A stretch of DNA of 62,651 bases, the filler included, from Barthelona sp. PAP020 (Eukaryota): NCBI GenBank assembly GCA_040182905.1. It is 8 parts of 8 records of this genome, joined end to end, with 100 filler letters (N's around TTAATTAATTAA, not from the genome) between each part and the next. Parts side by side here need not be neighbours in the genome. Positions count along the whole stretch, not along the records: positions 47,231 to 54,928 come from JARQWU010000484.1; positions 55,029 to 62,651 come from JARQWU010000486.1; 6 more parts are not named here. One strand, given 5' to 3'. The stretch's first letter is position 1, and every line of letters starts with the position of its first letter. The position numbers and the translations under genes were made by a program. A model generated the notes under the pieces. That model searched no databases. It was not told the DNA's origin and was given only the letters and a program-made list of their open reading frames with translations. Positions 53,575-62,651 of the stretch are shown one piece after another.

Positions 53575-54928
53575 ATGCATCCAGAATTGTATCAACCACG
53601 AGAGGTTGATACAAATCAATCACAAAAGGTTGAGATTATCAAACATCTAAAAAGAGGAAATCGTGTATTGGTTAAACCACCTGAAATTATTTCGAATGGC
53701 AAAGGAATTTTGTACAAAAGAGGTGAAATGTTAGGAAAAGGAGGATTTGGGACTGTTTGGGAAGTTACTTATGTCGATCCAATGACGAAAAGAACAAAAA
53801 TTGCAGCCTGCAAAACCATTGCATTGCAAGGTTTAGAGCAAAAGCATTTGACGAAATTAGAACAAGAATTAATTATTCACACTCAATTATCTCAAATAGA
53901 TGAATGTCCTGTGGTGAAAGTTTTGGAACATTTTAATGATGATCAATGTGTGTACATTATTCAGGAAAAATTGGGGTTATCTTTACAAAAAGTCATAAAC
54001 AAACAAGGATGTTTAAATGAAAATGATATTCGATATTGGGGAAGACAAATGATCAGCAGATTAAACTTTCTTCACAACAATTTAATAATGCACAGAGATA
54101 TTAAGCCTTCTAACATTTTATTAACTCCACAAAAGAATATAAAATACTGTGATTTTGGTATGGCCGTTCAACTAAAAGATAAGGGTGAAGAGAAAAAAAA
54201 TTGTTGTGGAACGCCAAATTATATGGCCCCTGAAATTGTCAAGAAAAAAGCCTATACATTAAGTGTTGACATTTGGAGTTTAGGTGTTTGCTTTTACACA
54301 ATGTTAGTTGGAAAAGCTCCTTTTGAATCAAAATCTGGACCTGATAAAACGGCAAAGAACATTTTGAGAGGGGTTGGAAACATTCAATATCCTTCAAACA
54401 TATATCCTCCTCTTTTGATGGATTTGATAGATTCTATTTTAGTCTCAAGAAAATCACGACCCTCATTGACCAGTTTAATTCGTCATCCCTTTTTCATTCA
54501 ACAAGTTCCAAAAATCAGCTTGTCAGCCAAAATGTCCAGTGTTAATCCAAATTTATCAGTGACCCCTTCAGCAAAAGCCGAAAAAAATCCTTATTCTCAC
54601 GAAGTACACAAAAAAAGTGTTCAGCAAACTGAACACACAATTGAGTTAAATACAGCTTTACATTCGGTTACCACTGATTTTACATCAATAAAACCTGCAG
54701 AAGAACCTCTTTGTGGTCACAATTCAAAAAAGGATTTTTCACTTGAAATTGCAAGCTCGAACACACAAAAGCATCCCCAGAGTCTGGAAGATTCAAAAAC
54801 CAAAGCAAACAGTACCATCACTACCACAACAATGCAATTTGCGAAGGGTTATGAAAATTTGCCTGGCCAACATGTGTTGCTTTGGGCACATCACGAGGCC
54901 AAATTTGGATTCTCATATCTTTTATCCT
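53575..54928 (+). CDS. PLK: Polo-like kinase (3' end cut)
   Basis: GKGGFG, HRDIKPSN, DFG, CGTPNYMAPE; start of polo box (HVLLW..EAKFGFSYLLS) at the contig end. Confidence 0.85.
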
Positions 54929-55171
54929 NNNNNNNNNNNNNNNNNNNNNNNNNNNNNNNNNNNNNNNNNNNNTTAATTAATTAANNNNNNNNNNNNNNNN
55001 NNNNNNNNNNNNNNNNNNNNNNNNNNNNATTCCGAGATGCTGGTACTCAGGATTATTTGATTCGTTAGTTAATAAAATAAACCAGATTCCTTTACATTAA
55101 TTCGGGGGTCCCAGGTTCCTTAAAGGAACTTCTCCATTTCTACTGGGACCCTCGGTAAAGGTACTGGTCAA

Positions 55172-58075
55172 CTATTCCTGAGTGTAGGATTTCCGGTTAA
55201 GAATTTCGCCAACCTGTCCATAATTGAAAATCGTATTGAGGGATAGATGTCCCAGCTTCCTTTGAAGGAGCTCTTGTATCTGCCTTGGGCTTTGATTATG
55301 GCTAATTCCAGATTGGGCGTCGAGCGTGGCTCTGGCATGTCTAAATGCATGCGGTGATGTTTCTAAGTTTTCTAATTCCATTGCGACATCTCTTAGTGCC
55401 TGACTTACTTTCTCTTCGTTCGCAATGTCTTGGTTATCAATAAATAAAAATTGTCTTTCTTTTCCTAATCTTCTAATATACTTCACGAGGTGTGCTCCTG
55501 CTCCGTGTCCTAAAAATACATATTCGATCGTTACTGAACGAGAACCTGATTTCAAACCCTTGTCTAATGGAGCGAAAGCATGCAATAAAAGTCCCAATTT
55601 GTCATCGTACCATGGGATTCCAAAATAATCATTGTTGATTAACCTAAATACCTCGTTATGTCTCATACCCGTGAGGGTCATGGCTGCTACTACCGTCTTA
55701 GTTCTTGGTGATAAATCCTTGCTTGCTGCGTACCATTCTAGGGAGAATTGAATAGCTTTAGCTTCTCTAAATTCCTTCTCACGGTTCTTTTTCTTATTAT
55801 CTTTCTTTCTTAATCTAATCAGTGTATTTCGGGCTAAGTCTATCTGGGGGTCTTTTTTGATATTAGCCGCCCAAGCAATATCATGTCTCTCTAAGGCGCT
55901 TAAAATCGATGATAGTGTCGAGGTTAAGGTACTCGACTTTCTTCCCTTCTCATGTAAATGACCTATATAAGCTATAATATAGGTCGCATTAATTTCCTCT
56001 TCTGAAATGAGGTTCCTTTCTAAAAATTTTATAAATCTATTCCAACATGCATCATATGATCTATTTGTTGCATCCCTTCTGCCTTGTGTAATGAAGTTTC
56101 TTGCTAAATCAGATAAGCTCGAAACATACTCTGAACCTTTCCTTTGCGAATGTAGCCAATGTTTAAATGGAAGTTCATCTGGTCTTACTGTATGACGTAC
56201 TATCTTCTTCGTACTACCTTCTCTCAGAGCTTTCGTTGTCCATTGATGTAAAATCTCGGTCTGATCTCCCTTCAAGAACAAAGTCCCTTCATTATCAATC
56301 AAAGGTTCAAAGTTTAAGAAGAAATTCGGTCTTCCTTCTAGCCATTGACCTTTGTTTAAACCCAAACTAGCTCTTTCCCTTAATTCATAAGGTAAACCAC
56401 TCACGGAAGTGGGATGTGGAGGGTTATTCTTCTCCACAATGTGTTTAGAGTTTGGTGCGATAACTGCAGTTCTCTTAGCTGCCTTTCCATTATCCGGCCT
56501 AATATATGAATCATCCAATCTCTTCGGATCAAAATACTTATTCTGCAGAGGATCCAGGAAGCATTTCGGATTTCCTCCTATGTACAAGTCTTCAGGTAAT
56601 TCTGGCGGCGGTAATTGCACGTCTTCCATCTTCTCGTTACGTGATATAGCGTCGGCCGCAATGTTAGTCTTTGATTCAATATACTCCACCGTTAAATAAA
56701 ATCTGTTGTCTTCGGCAAGCTGATAAATTTGTTTTGCTAACTTAGCTATAGTCTTATTCTTAGCTTTACCCCTAATGGCTCCTATAGCCGCTGAATTGTC
56801 GCAATATAGATGCAAAAGTTGTCCCTCATGTAAAAGTTCTCTCTCTAATAAATACTCGATAGCTCTTAAAATGGTTTTCGTCTCTAATACTTCTATTCTC
56901 GAGTCCATATTCAAATTCAATTTTATGGTTTCACCAGTGTTAAAAATGTGAATGCCTGCTCCTTCCAAGGAGGCGTCTGTGGATATAATTAAATTCTCTC
57001 TCGGTAAATCTACTGGTTCTAGTCTCGTTCTTAAAATCTTCTCTTCTAGTGTTTCAAGTGTTCGCATGAATTCTGGTGATAGTTTCACCTTCATATTAGG
57101 GTTACCCGAAGGATATCCTTTCAAGGCTCCGGAGACCTCAAGTCTCTCCTTAAATAAATTCTTGTGGAATAAAAATGCGAACTCCACTTGTCCGTTCAGG
57201 CTCTGTAAGGCCTTTAGTTTCCTGCCAACTCTTAATTCTTTAATTGTATTCATAATCTTTTTAATCTTCTTTTCCGTTATAGCTATATAAGCTGAATCAT
57301 TCTTAAATGCTAATTTCCAACCCCGAAAGATGATGGAAGTTCTCGGTTCCATGTCTGATTTCTCTTCATTTATTGTCAAGCCTAATTCCTTGAACTTTTC
57401 CCGAGTAAGATTTAGGTTCCTGAGGCATTCTTCTCTAGTTCTACCTAGGATGATAACATCATCTAGATAAAATGAAATGATCACATCGTTTCTACGTAAA
57501 TCTCTTATTATGGAAGCCATGAAAGAAGAGAAATAGACTGGTGCGGTCGCCAGTCCAAAAGGAAGTAATAAAGGTTCGTATAAGTCCCCGTTAAACTCCA
57601 AGACTGTCAAATGCTTGTATTTTCTGTTCATCCTCAAATGATGATAACCATCTTTCAAATCCAGAGAACAAGCGAAATTCATTTTAGATAAAATCAGTTG
57701 GGAGATTGGTTCATACCCAAAAGGGTATATCGGGGCTCTAGAATTTGCCTGGCGATAATCGAAAATGGGTCTTAAAGTTAATCCATCACTCTTTTCCACG
57801 AAGAACACTCTAGCTTTCATAATTGGTTCCACTTCACTATAAAACGGTGTAATTACTTTAGATTCAACTAACTTCTCAAATAATTCTATTTCCTTCTCTG
57901 TAACCACTTCTTGGTTTCTACATCCAATGGGGTAAGGTACTGGTCCCTCACATTGGTGCACTGGAATTCCTTCTTTCAGTGCTTCCCTTAGTAATTCATT
58001 CTCGAAGATTTCCCTGCTTTTTGGGTGCGTCTCGAAAAAACCCTTTACCTTGCTTACTACCTTTTCGCTGATCAT
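55172..58075 (-). CDS. Single-ORF RT-RNase H-tyrosine recombinase polyprotein
   Basis: RT: RPIFDYR, SLDLKDGYHHL, LPFGLATAP, YLDD; RNase H: TDAS, LE, CDNSAA, NIAADAISR; YR: TNRSYDACW, TGMRHNE, HAFRH, LGH, Y. Confidence 0.95.
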   Translation of the reverse strand: MISEKVVSKVKGFFETHPKSREIFENELLREALKEGIPVHQCEGPVPYPIGCRNQEVVTEKEIELFEKLVESKVITPFYSEVEPIMKARVFFVEKSDGLTLRPIFDYRQANSRAPIYPFGYEPISQLILSKMNFACSLDLKDGYHHLRMNRKYKHLTVLEFNGDLYEPLLLPFGLATAPVYFSSFMASIIRDLRRNDVIISFYLDDVIILGRTREECLRNLNLTREKFKELGLTINEEKSDMEPRTSIIFRGWKLAFKNDSAYIAITEKKIKKIMNTIKELRVGRKLKALQSLNGQVEFAFLFHKNLFKERLEVSGALKGYPSGNPNMKVKLSPEFMRTLETLEEKILRTRLEPVDLPRENLIISTDASLEGAGIHIFNTGETIKLNLNMDSRIEVLETKTILRAIEYLLERELLHEGQLLHLYCDNSAAIGAIRGKAKNKTIAKLAKQIYQLAEDNRFYLTVEYIESKTNIAADAISRNEKMEDVQLPPPELPEDLYIGGNPKCFLDPLQNKYFDPKRLDDSYIRPDNGKAAKRTAVIAPNSKHIVEKNNPPHPTSVSGLPYELRERASLGLNKGQWLEGRPNFFLNFEPLIDNEGTLFLKGDQTEILHQWTTKALREGSTKKIVRHTVRPDELPFKHWLHSQRKGSEYVSSLSDLARNFITQGRRDATNRSYDACWNRFIKFLERNLISEEEINATYIIAYIGHLHEKGRKSSTLTSTLSSILSALERHDIAWAANIKKDPQIDLARNTLIRLRKKDNKKKNREKEFREAKAIQFSLEWYAASKDLSPRTKTVVAAMTLTGMRHNEVFRLINNDYFGIPWYDDKLGLLLHAFAPLDKGLKSGSRSVTIEYVFLGHGAGAHLVKYIRRLGKERQFLFIDNQDIANEEKVSQALRDVAMELENLETSPHAFRHARATLDAQSGISHNQSPRQIQELLQRKLGHLSLNTIFNYGQVGEILNRKSYTQE

Positions 58076-58646
58076 GTTTCCTTCTAGGAATTCTCAGAAG
58101 ATCTGATTCTCTTATCCCCAAGGACTGGATAATATTGGTTCTGAAGCCATATAAAAAATCTAAGGTTGGATTTCTACTACTCCTGGCACTAGATACAGTC
58201 AAATGGTAAATGAGCGCTTCAACCTCCTCTGTCTCCAAAAATTTAGTCAAGAAAAGTAGAAATGCAGTATAATCTGCAAACCTTGCGAATAGTTCGTCGT
58301 CAGAGTTCATCCCTATTGGAAATGCATAAAGCGGGACATCGTCCGCCGAATCTTCTTTCATCTCTGCTATCTTGGAGTTAATCTTGAAAGATAAATCTGC
58401 GAAAGATGAGGAATTTCTTGATCTCTGAGCAGCTAGTTCATCGAACTTGGATAAATTTTGAAGTTGGTTACTATGTATACATCTCGCTAAATTTTCTATT
58501 TGACGTCTCAGCTCCTCAAGCTCGCTTGAAGAGACCTGAGCTCGGACTTGAGCTTCTTCTTCCGGATCTTGGTTGTTCACTTCTTGATAAACGTTGTCTT
58601 CTTCCATCCCTTTTGATTTTGAACGTAAATTACTTTTGTCAACCAT
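57996..58646 (-). CDS. Gag-like ORF1 of the DIRS-like element
   Basis: 216 aa, coiled-coil N-terminus, basic C-terminus, 80-nt overlap with pol; identity inferred from position. Confidence 0.7.
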   Translation of the reverse strand: MVDKSNLRSKSKGMEEDNVYQEVNNQDPEEEAQVRAQVSSSELEELRRQIENLARCIHSNQLQNLSKFDELAAQRSRNSSSFADLSFKINSKIAEMKEDSADDVPLYAFPIGMNSDDELFARFADYTAFLLFLTKFLETEEVEALIYHLTVSSARSSRNPTLDFLYGFRTNIIQSLGIRESDLLRIPRRKHDQRKGSKQGKGFFRDAPKKQGNLRE

Positions 58647-60389
58647 AAAATATAAGAAAGGGTTTCATCTTTGAGTTGGTCTTACTTGGTTCTCCTTGGA
58701 ATCTCCAGAAATATCTCAATGTAAATGCAGGTCGTCTACGATCCAGAATAATCATGACAGTCAACTAAAATAAAATATGTAATACGTGGTAGAAACATCT
58801 TCCAAACTGCTGGATACGTAACCCAAGGACTTAAAAAGGCCGATGTTAAGATCGGGTGAGATGTAATGATAAAATTGTCTAATGACTCTCCAAAAGCGTA
58901 AGATAGTATTCCTCAATCGGTCAAAAATTTAAGGGAATACTTTTGGGGAAAAGTTGCCTTTTGGAGATATAAAAAAGGAGAACGGAAAATTCCTTGGGAA
59001 AAATAAATGCTCCGACTTCGTCAAATCTGATTTTTTTTTTTATTTCTATTGAGAATTACCACTGTCATCAACTGCCTTAAATATAAATTTAACATTTAGT
59101 TATTTTCATATCGTAGAATTGAATCAAAAACTTTCTTGCCATTTATGTTATGGAATGTTTGACCTGTTACATGGTTGCTTGGGATGAGCCATATAGCTGA
59201 TTTGGTGTGTTAACAAACCCTTTATAAACAATTATTAGTTGTGATGAAAATGATCTGTAAAAAGAGACATGCTTTCAAAAAAAAAACAAAATTCTACGTT
59301 ACAAAACTTGTAATAACTGTATTTTTTTGCAGTTAATATGGGAAAATGTCATTTTGTTTTTTATTTAATAAGAAATCCAAACACTTTATTGCAGAGATAT
59401 GAATTTGCTCAAAGATGATGAATATTCGAAGTTCTGAAGGTTTTCAACCAATTCAAAAATACTTGAAAAACTTGAGTAAAAGAAAAACAACTGTTGACTG
59501 TATCTGTGCATTTAAGGGACATAACTTGTAAATTCCTCCTGGTTTCATAAAAGTGTGACATGAGGTAATAATTTGACTACAATCGTCTTATTATGCTTTT
59601 ATTTATCGTTTGAAAATCATTTGCACAAAAAAAGGTTCTGAAAATGAAAAATCAAAATTTTGTGAAAAAATGGGACAAAAAAAAATGTTCTTTGAAGTGT
59701 TTTTTTCAACTTCCTCACCTTCGATTCAATATGAATCTCTTTTGATCTTTTATTTGATATTTGTTTATTTAGTAACATAAGTTTTTGATTGTTGATTGAA
59801 ATGTGATTTTCTTTTGTTTATGGTTAGAATGATTTTTTTTTTTCAAAAATGGGACTGTGTTGGAATAATTCCAGTTATGGAAGCTTTATGTATGATATCA
59901 AGGTTAGTAGTGAATAAGCGATTCAGATGATCATTTTGTCTCACTAAGCATATGGTTCGATGAAACTCTTGAGAAAACAAGTGATACAGAATTAAATGCA
60001 TGAACATAGGAATTTGAATTGGTTTATGCGACAAACACAACTGTAATAGATGAAGAATTAAGAATTGAAAAAGAAAAATCTCTTGTGGAAGAGTCTGACT
60101 TTAGTTCAAGCTCATGTGATGAAACAGAAATGAATTACCAACCTGATCTGTCATCAATCATCACAGAAAAAGAGAGGGAAGTTAAAATAAAGGATACAAA
60201 AGACGATGTAAAGGTAAAACTGTGTTTAAAATTCAAAACAGGAACAGAGAGAACACCTGAAAAAAACTTTTTTAAGTTGGAAACAGAAGTACAATGGTGT
60301 GAGTCAATTGATAGGTGCTTAAAACATCGTAAAAATGGAACTATTAGGATACTGGTATTTGTAAAAGAAAATCAGGCAAACAACATGTC

Positions 60390-62373
60390 TACGATTTGGG
60401 CATCTGGATAATTTGTCTGTAAAGATTCAAGACCTTCATGGATTCCCAAACAGAATAGGACTGAACTGAGAATACCAACCCTGTGTGACTCCTCTTTCCA
60501 TTATGAAGGATGACTTACCATTTATTGCATTGATTTTACTTTTTATTAGATTATTATAGTATTGAGCAAAGGGTATAAGTTCAGGTTTATCTTTTAGACA
60601 TGCTGTAATATTTATTTTATTGTAATCATTAGTGAAATCAATAGAAAAAACTTTTTGTCCATCATCTAGCTTCTCCCGTACTTGGTGTGCGATGGATGAG
60701 CACCCATTTCTGACTCCCACGCCGTATTGGAATTTTGTTACGTACCTAGTATGTGCTGGTCCAATTCTAGCAAAGATAATTCTTTTTGTTATCTTCATGA
60801 ATAATGGCCCAATTACAATGGGTCTCATTCCTTTTTCTTTTTCCAGGCAAATGAGTTTGAAATCATTGAAATAGAGTTCTTCTTTAAGGATGCTGCTAAT
60901 GATGCTAGTAAAGACTTTGAGGAATTTCTTGGATTCCACTGCATTTTCTAGCATGTGCACATTCCATCCATATATATCAGTTGTTGTTTTAGTTTTGATA
61001 CTATGGATGGCTTTAAGGATTTCTTCTCGGTCTATTTCACCTATGTCAGTTTCAAAAATTTTTACTTGCTCTTCCTGTGCTGAAAGATTATATTTTGGGA
61101 ATAGTTTGCCCATTTCCCTTTGAATTTTGGTCGGATCTTGAACAATACCTGACGATCTTAGACACTGGGCCGTCAGTTTGTATTCTCCTTTGTTAATGAG
61201 TTTGGATACATTTGTATTGTTCTTTTTATGATCGCATTGACTTTCACACAGAATGGTTTCTTGAAGTGAGAGCTCCAAACGTTCAGTTATTTCGGAATTG
61301 TCTTCACTTATTCCTTTATTGTGAAAGTATAAACGAGGGATTGCAAGTAAAATATCTGGACAAAGTATTGCCCCTTCAAGGCATCTTAACCTATGCAGTT
61401 TTAATGCTCTTTGATTATTAGGGATATGTTTGTGCAATTTGACTGGAGAAGTGAGGTCCTTGTTTTTGATATGGTTGATATCTGAGACCGTGTGAGATTT
61501 ATCAATTTCTTTGTGGTGCAGCGCGCATTTTCCATCAATGGTGAAGCTCATTTTCGCCCCACATACCCTACATATTGCTGTATCTTCTTGGTGAATATTT
61601 TCGGAGTCATTATTGTATGATATCTCCGAATTATTTTGGGTATCTAATCTTGTCTGTGGGTTGTTATGTTTTTTGTGCCTGAGCTGCACCGTTCTGATAA
61701 TTTTCTGGGGTCGTTTCTTGTATTTAATCACCGAGTTCATCATTTCATAGTACTCTAGTTCTGTTTTAATGGGTTTGTAGTCAAACTCTTTTGAATTTGA
61801 GTTTTTACCCATGAAAATTTTGTTATTTGAGGGGATGAAAGCCTCTGCCATATATTGGTCATAGGAGAGGATTAATTCCATGAATTCTATGAAAGACGTT
61901 TCACGATCTACCTTGAAATAGATGACTCTGTGGTTTTTGTTACCTATTTTAAGGGGAATTGACTTCTTGTTACCCATAGATGTTTTGAATCTTATTAGGA
62001 AATCCAGTTTGGTGACATCTGGATTTAGACTGGTCGTTGTTGACATTCTTGATTGAGGATGAGGGTCCCCGCTTTGTTTGATACCCGAGTCTGAGTTAAA
62101 ATTAGATGATTTGTTTGAGGATTCAATTCTTTCCACGTGCTTAATTAAATCTTCTTCATTAATTGAGTTGAAGGATATATTACTCCTGACACTTCCCACT
62201 TCATCTTCATCTTCTGAGTCAAAATTTGTAAGATCAGATGGGTATCCGTCACTTGAGATTTGGGTCAAAGTTTCTTCGCTTGTTTGGAGACGTGGCACAC
62301 TTTCTAGCATATCAGAATCTGAACTGATTGCATTGCCTTCAACTGGTTGATGACTAGTATTAGAACATGATAT
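60390..62373 (-). pseudogene. Truncated CRE-like non-LTR retrotransposon (Zn finger + N-terminal RT)
   Basis: CRVC..TIDGK..HH finger; GEYKLTAQCL, KLFP, DIYGW, LEKEKGMRPIVIG, QYGVGVRNG, SIDFTN, GVTQG; frameshift after SPILF and sequence lost before YxDD. Confidence 0.8.
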
Positions 62374-62471
62374 TTATTTCCAAGCCAAGAAGCACTGTGC
62401 GTATGAGTGAATAAAAAAGAATAGTGTTTATTTGATTGAAGGCTTTCGAAGTCCGATTGATCTTGACCAAA
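62372..62471 (-). repeat. Short, internally deleted copy (copy 4) of the dispersed element
   Basis: On the minus strand TTGGTCAAG (element 5' end) joins directly to ATCAATCGG...GCTTCTTGGCTTGGAAATAA (3' ~90 nt). Confidence 0.8.
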
Positions 62472-62502
62472 TAAACTTCACTCAGCACAGGGTCCTATTC
62501 TT

Positions 62503-62649
62503 TCAGAAGTCCCCATAGCTTAGGATAGCGTCATGGGATGAGTGTCCTAATTCATCTCTAATAATGGATAATGCATTGTTCCTGGACATGCCATCTGCCT
62601 GCAGTTGGCGGAACCTGCTTCGAGCATAGGAATGTCTAAAATCGTGTGG
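62503..62649 (-). CDS. C-terminal catalytic end of a second tyrosine recombinase, 5' cut by window end
   Basis: PHDFRHSYARSRFRQLQADGMSRNNALSIIRDELGHSSHDAILSYGDF*: HxxR, LGH, catalytic Y; not in the ORF track. Confidence 0.85.
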   Translation of the reverse strand, partial: PHDFRHSYARSRFRQLQADGMSRNNALSIIRDELGHSSHDAILSYGDF

Positions 62650-62651
62650 AC

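Larger units (their letters stand above)
55029..59030 (-). mobile_element. DIRS-order (tyrosine recombinase) retrotransposon; 3' end cut by contig end, 5' boundary approximate
   Basis: gag-like ORF plus RT-RNase H-YR ORF, no protease or DDE integrase; less AT-rich than the flanking host sequence. Confidence 0.88.

Noticed and set aside
55029..55170. Hammerhead or HDV ribozyme in the DIRS 3' region
   Set aside because: No CUGANGA/GAAA core in the correct topology and no HDV nested pseudoknot on either strand

Overview
AT-rich, gene-dense genomic DNA from a non-opisthokont microbial eukaryote: it has RPB2, an EF-1A without the animal/fungal insertion, eRF1, ALG7, a Rab and a PLK, 37-44 nt GT-AG introns, and uses the standard code. 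The window is eight unrelated ~7.6-7.8 kb contigs joined in decreasing length order by 100-nt N/TTAATTAATTAA linkers, so adjacency across linkers means nothing. Most notable: (1) three neighbouring WD40 or ankyrin-repeat genes all end in the same unrecognised C-terminal module (CWDLxDxNxxNGGNM plus an acidic tail), an architecture like SOCS-box/F-box substrate receptors; (2) an intact DIRS-like retrotransposon with RT, RNase H and tyrosine recombinase in one ORF, a UUU_CGA +1 frameshift motif in the gag/pol overlap, and structured UTRs; (3) a second, unannotated tyrosine recombinase end abutting a short copy of a dispersed TIR-less ~320-bp element and a dead CRE-like non-LTR retroelement; (4) a bacterial-type sensor-kinase-like membrane protein with eroded catalytic motifs; (5) an H3 variant fragment, an N-terminally shortened SSRP1 and an eRF1 with KAVNIKS. 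Family calls come from motif recognition, not database searches.
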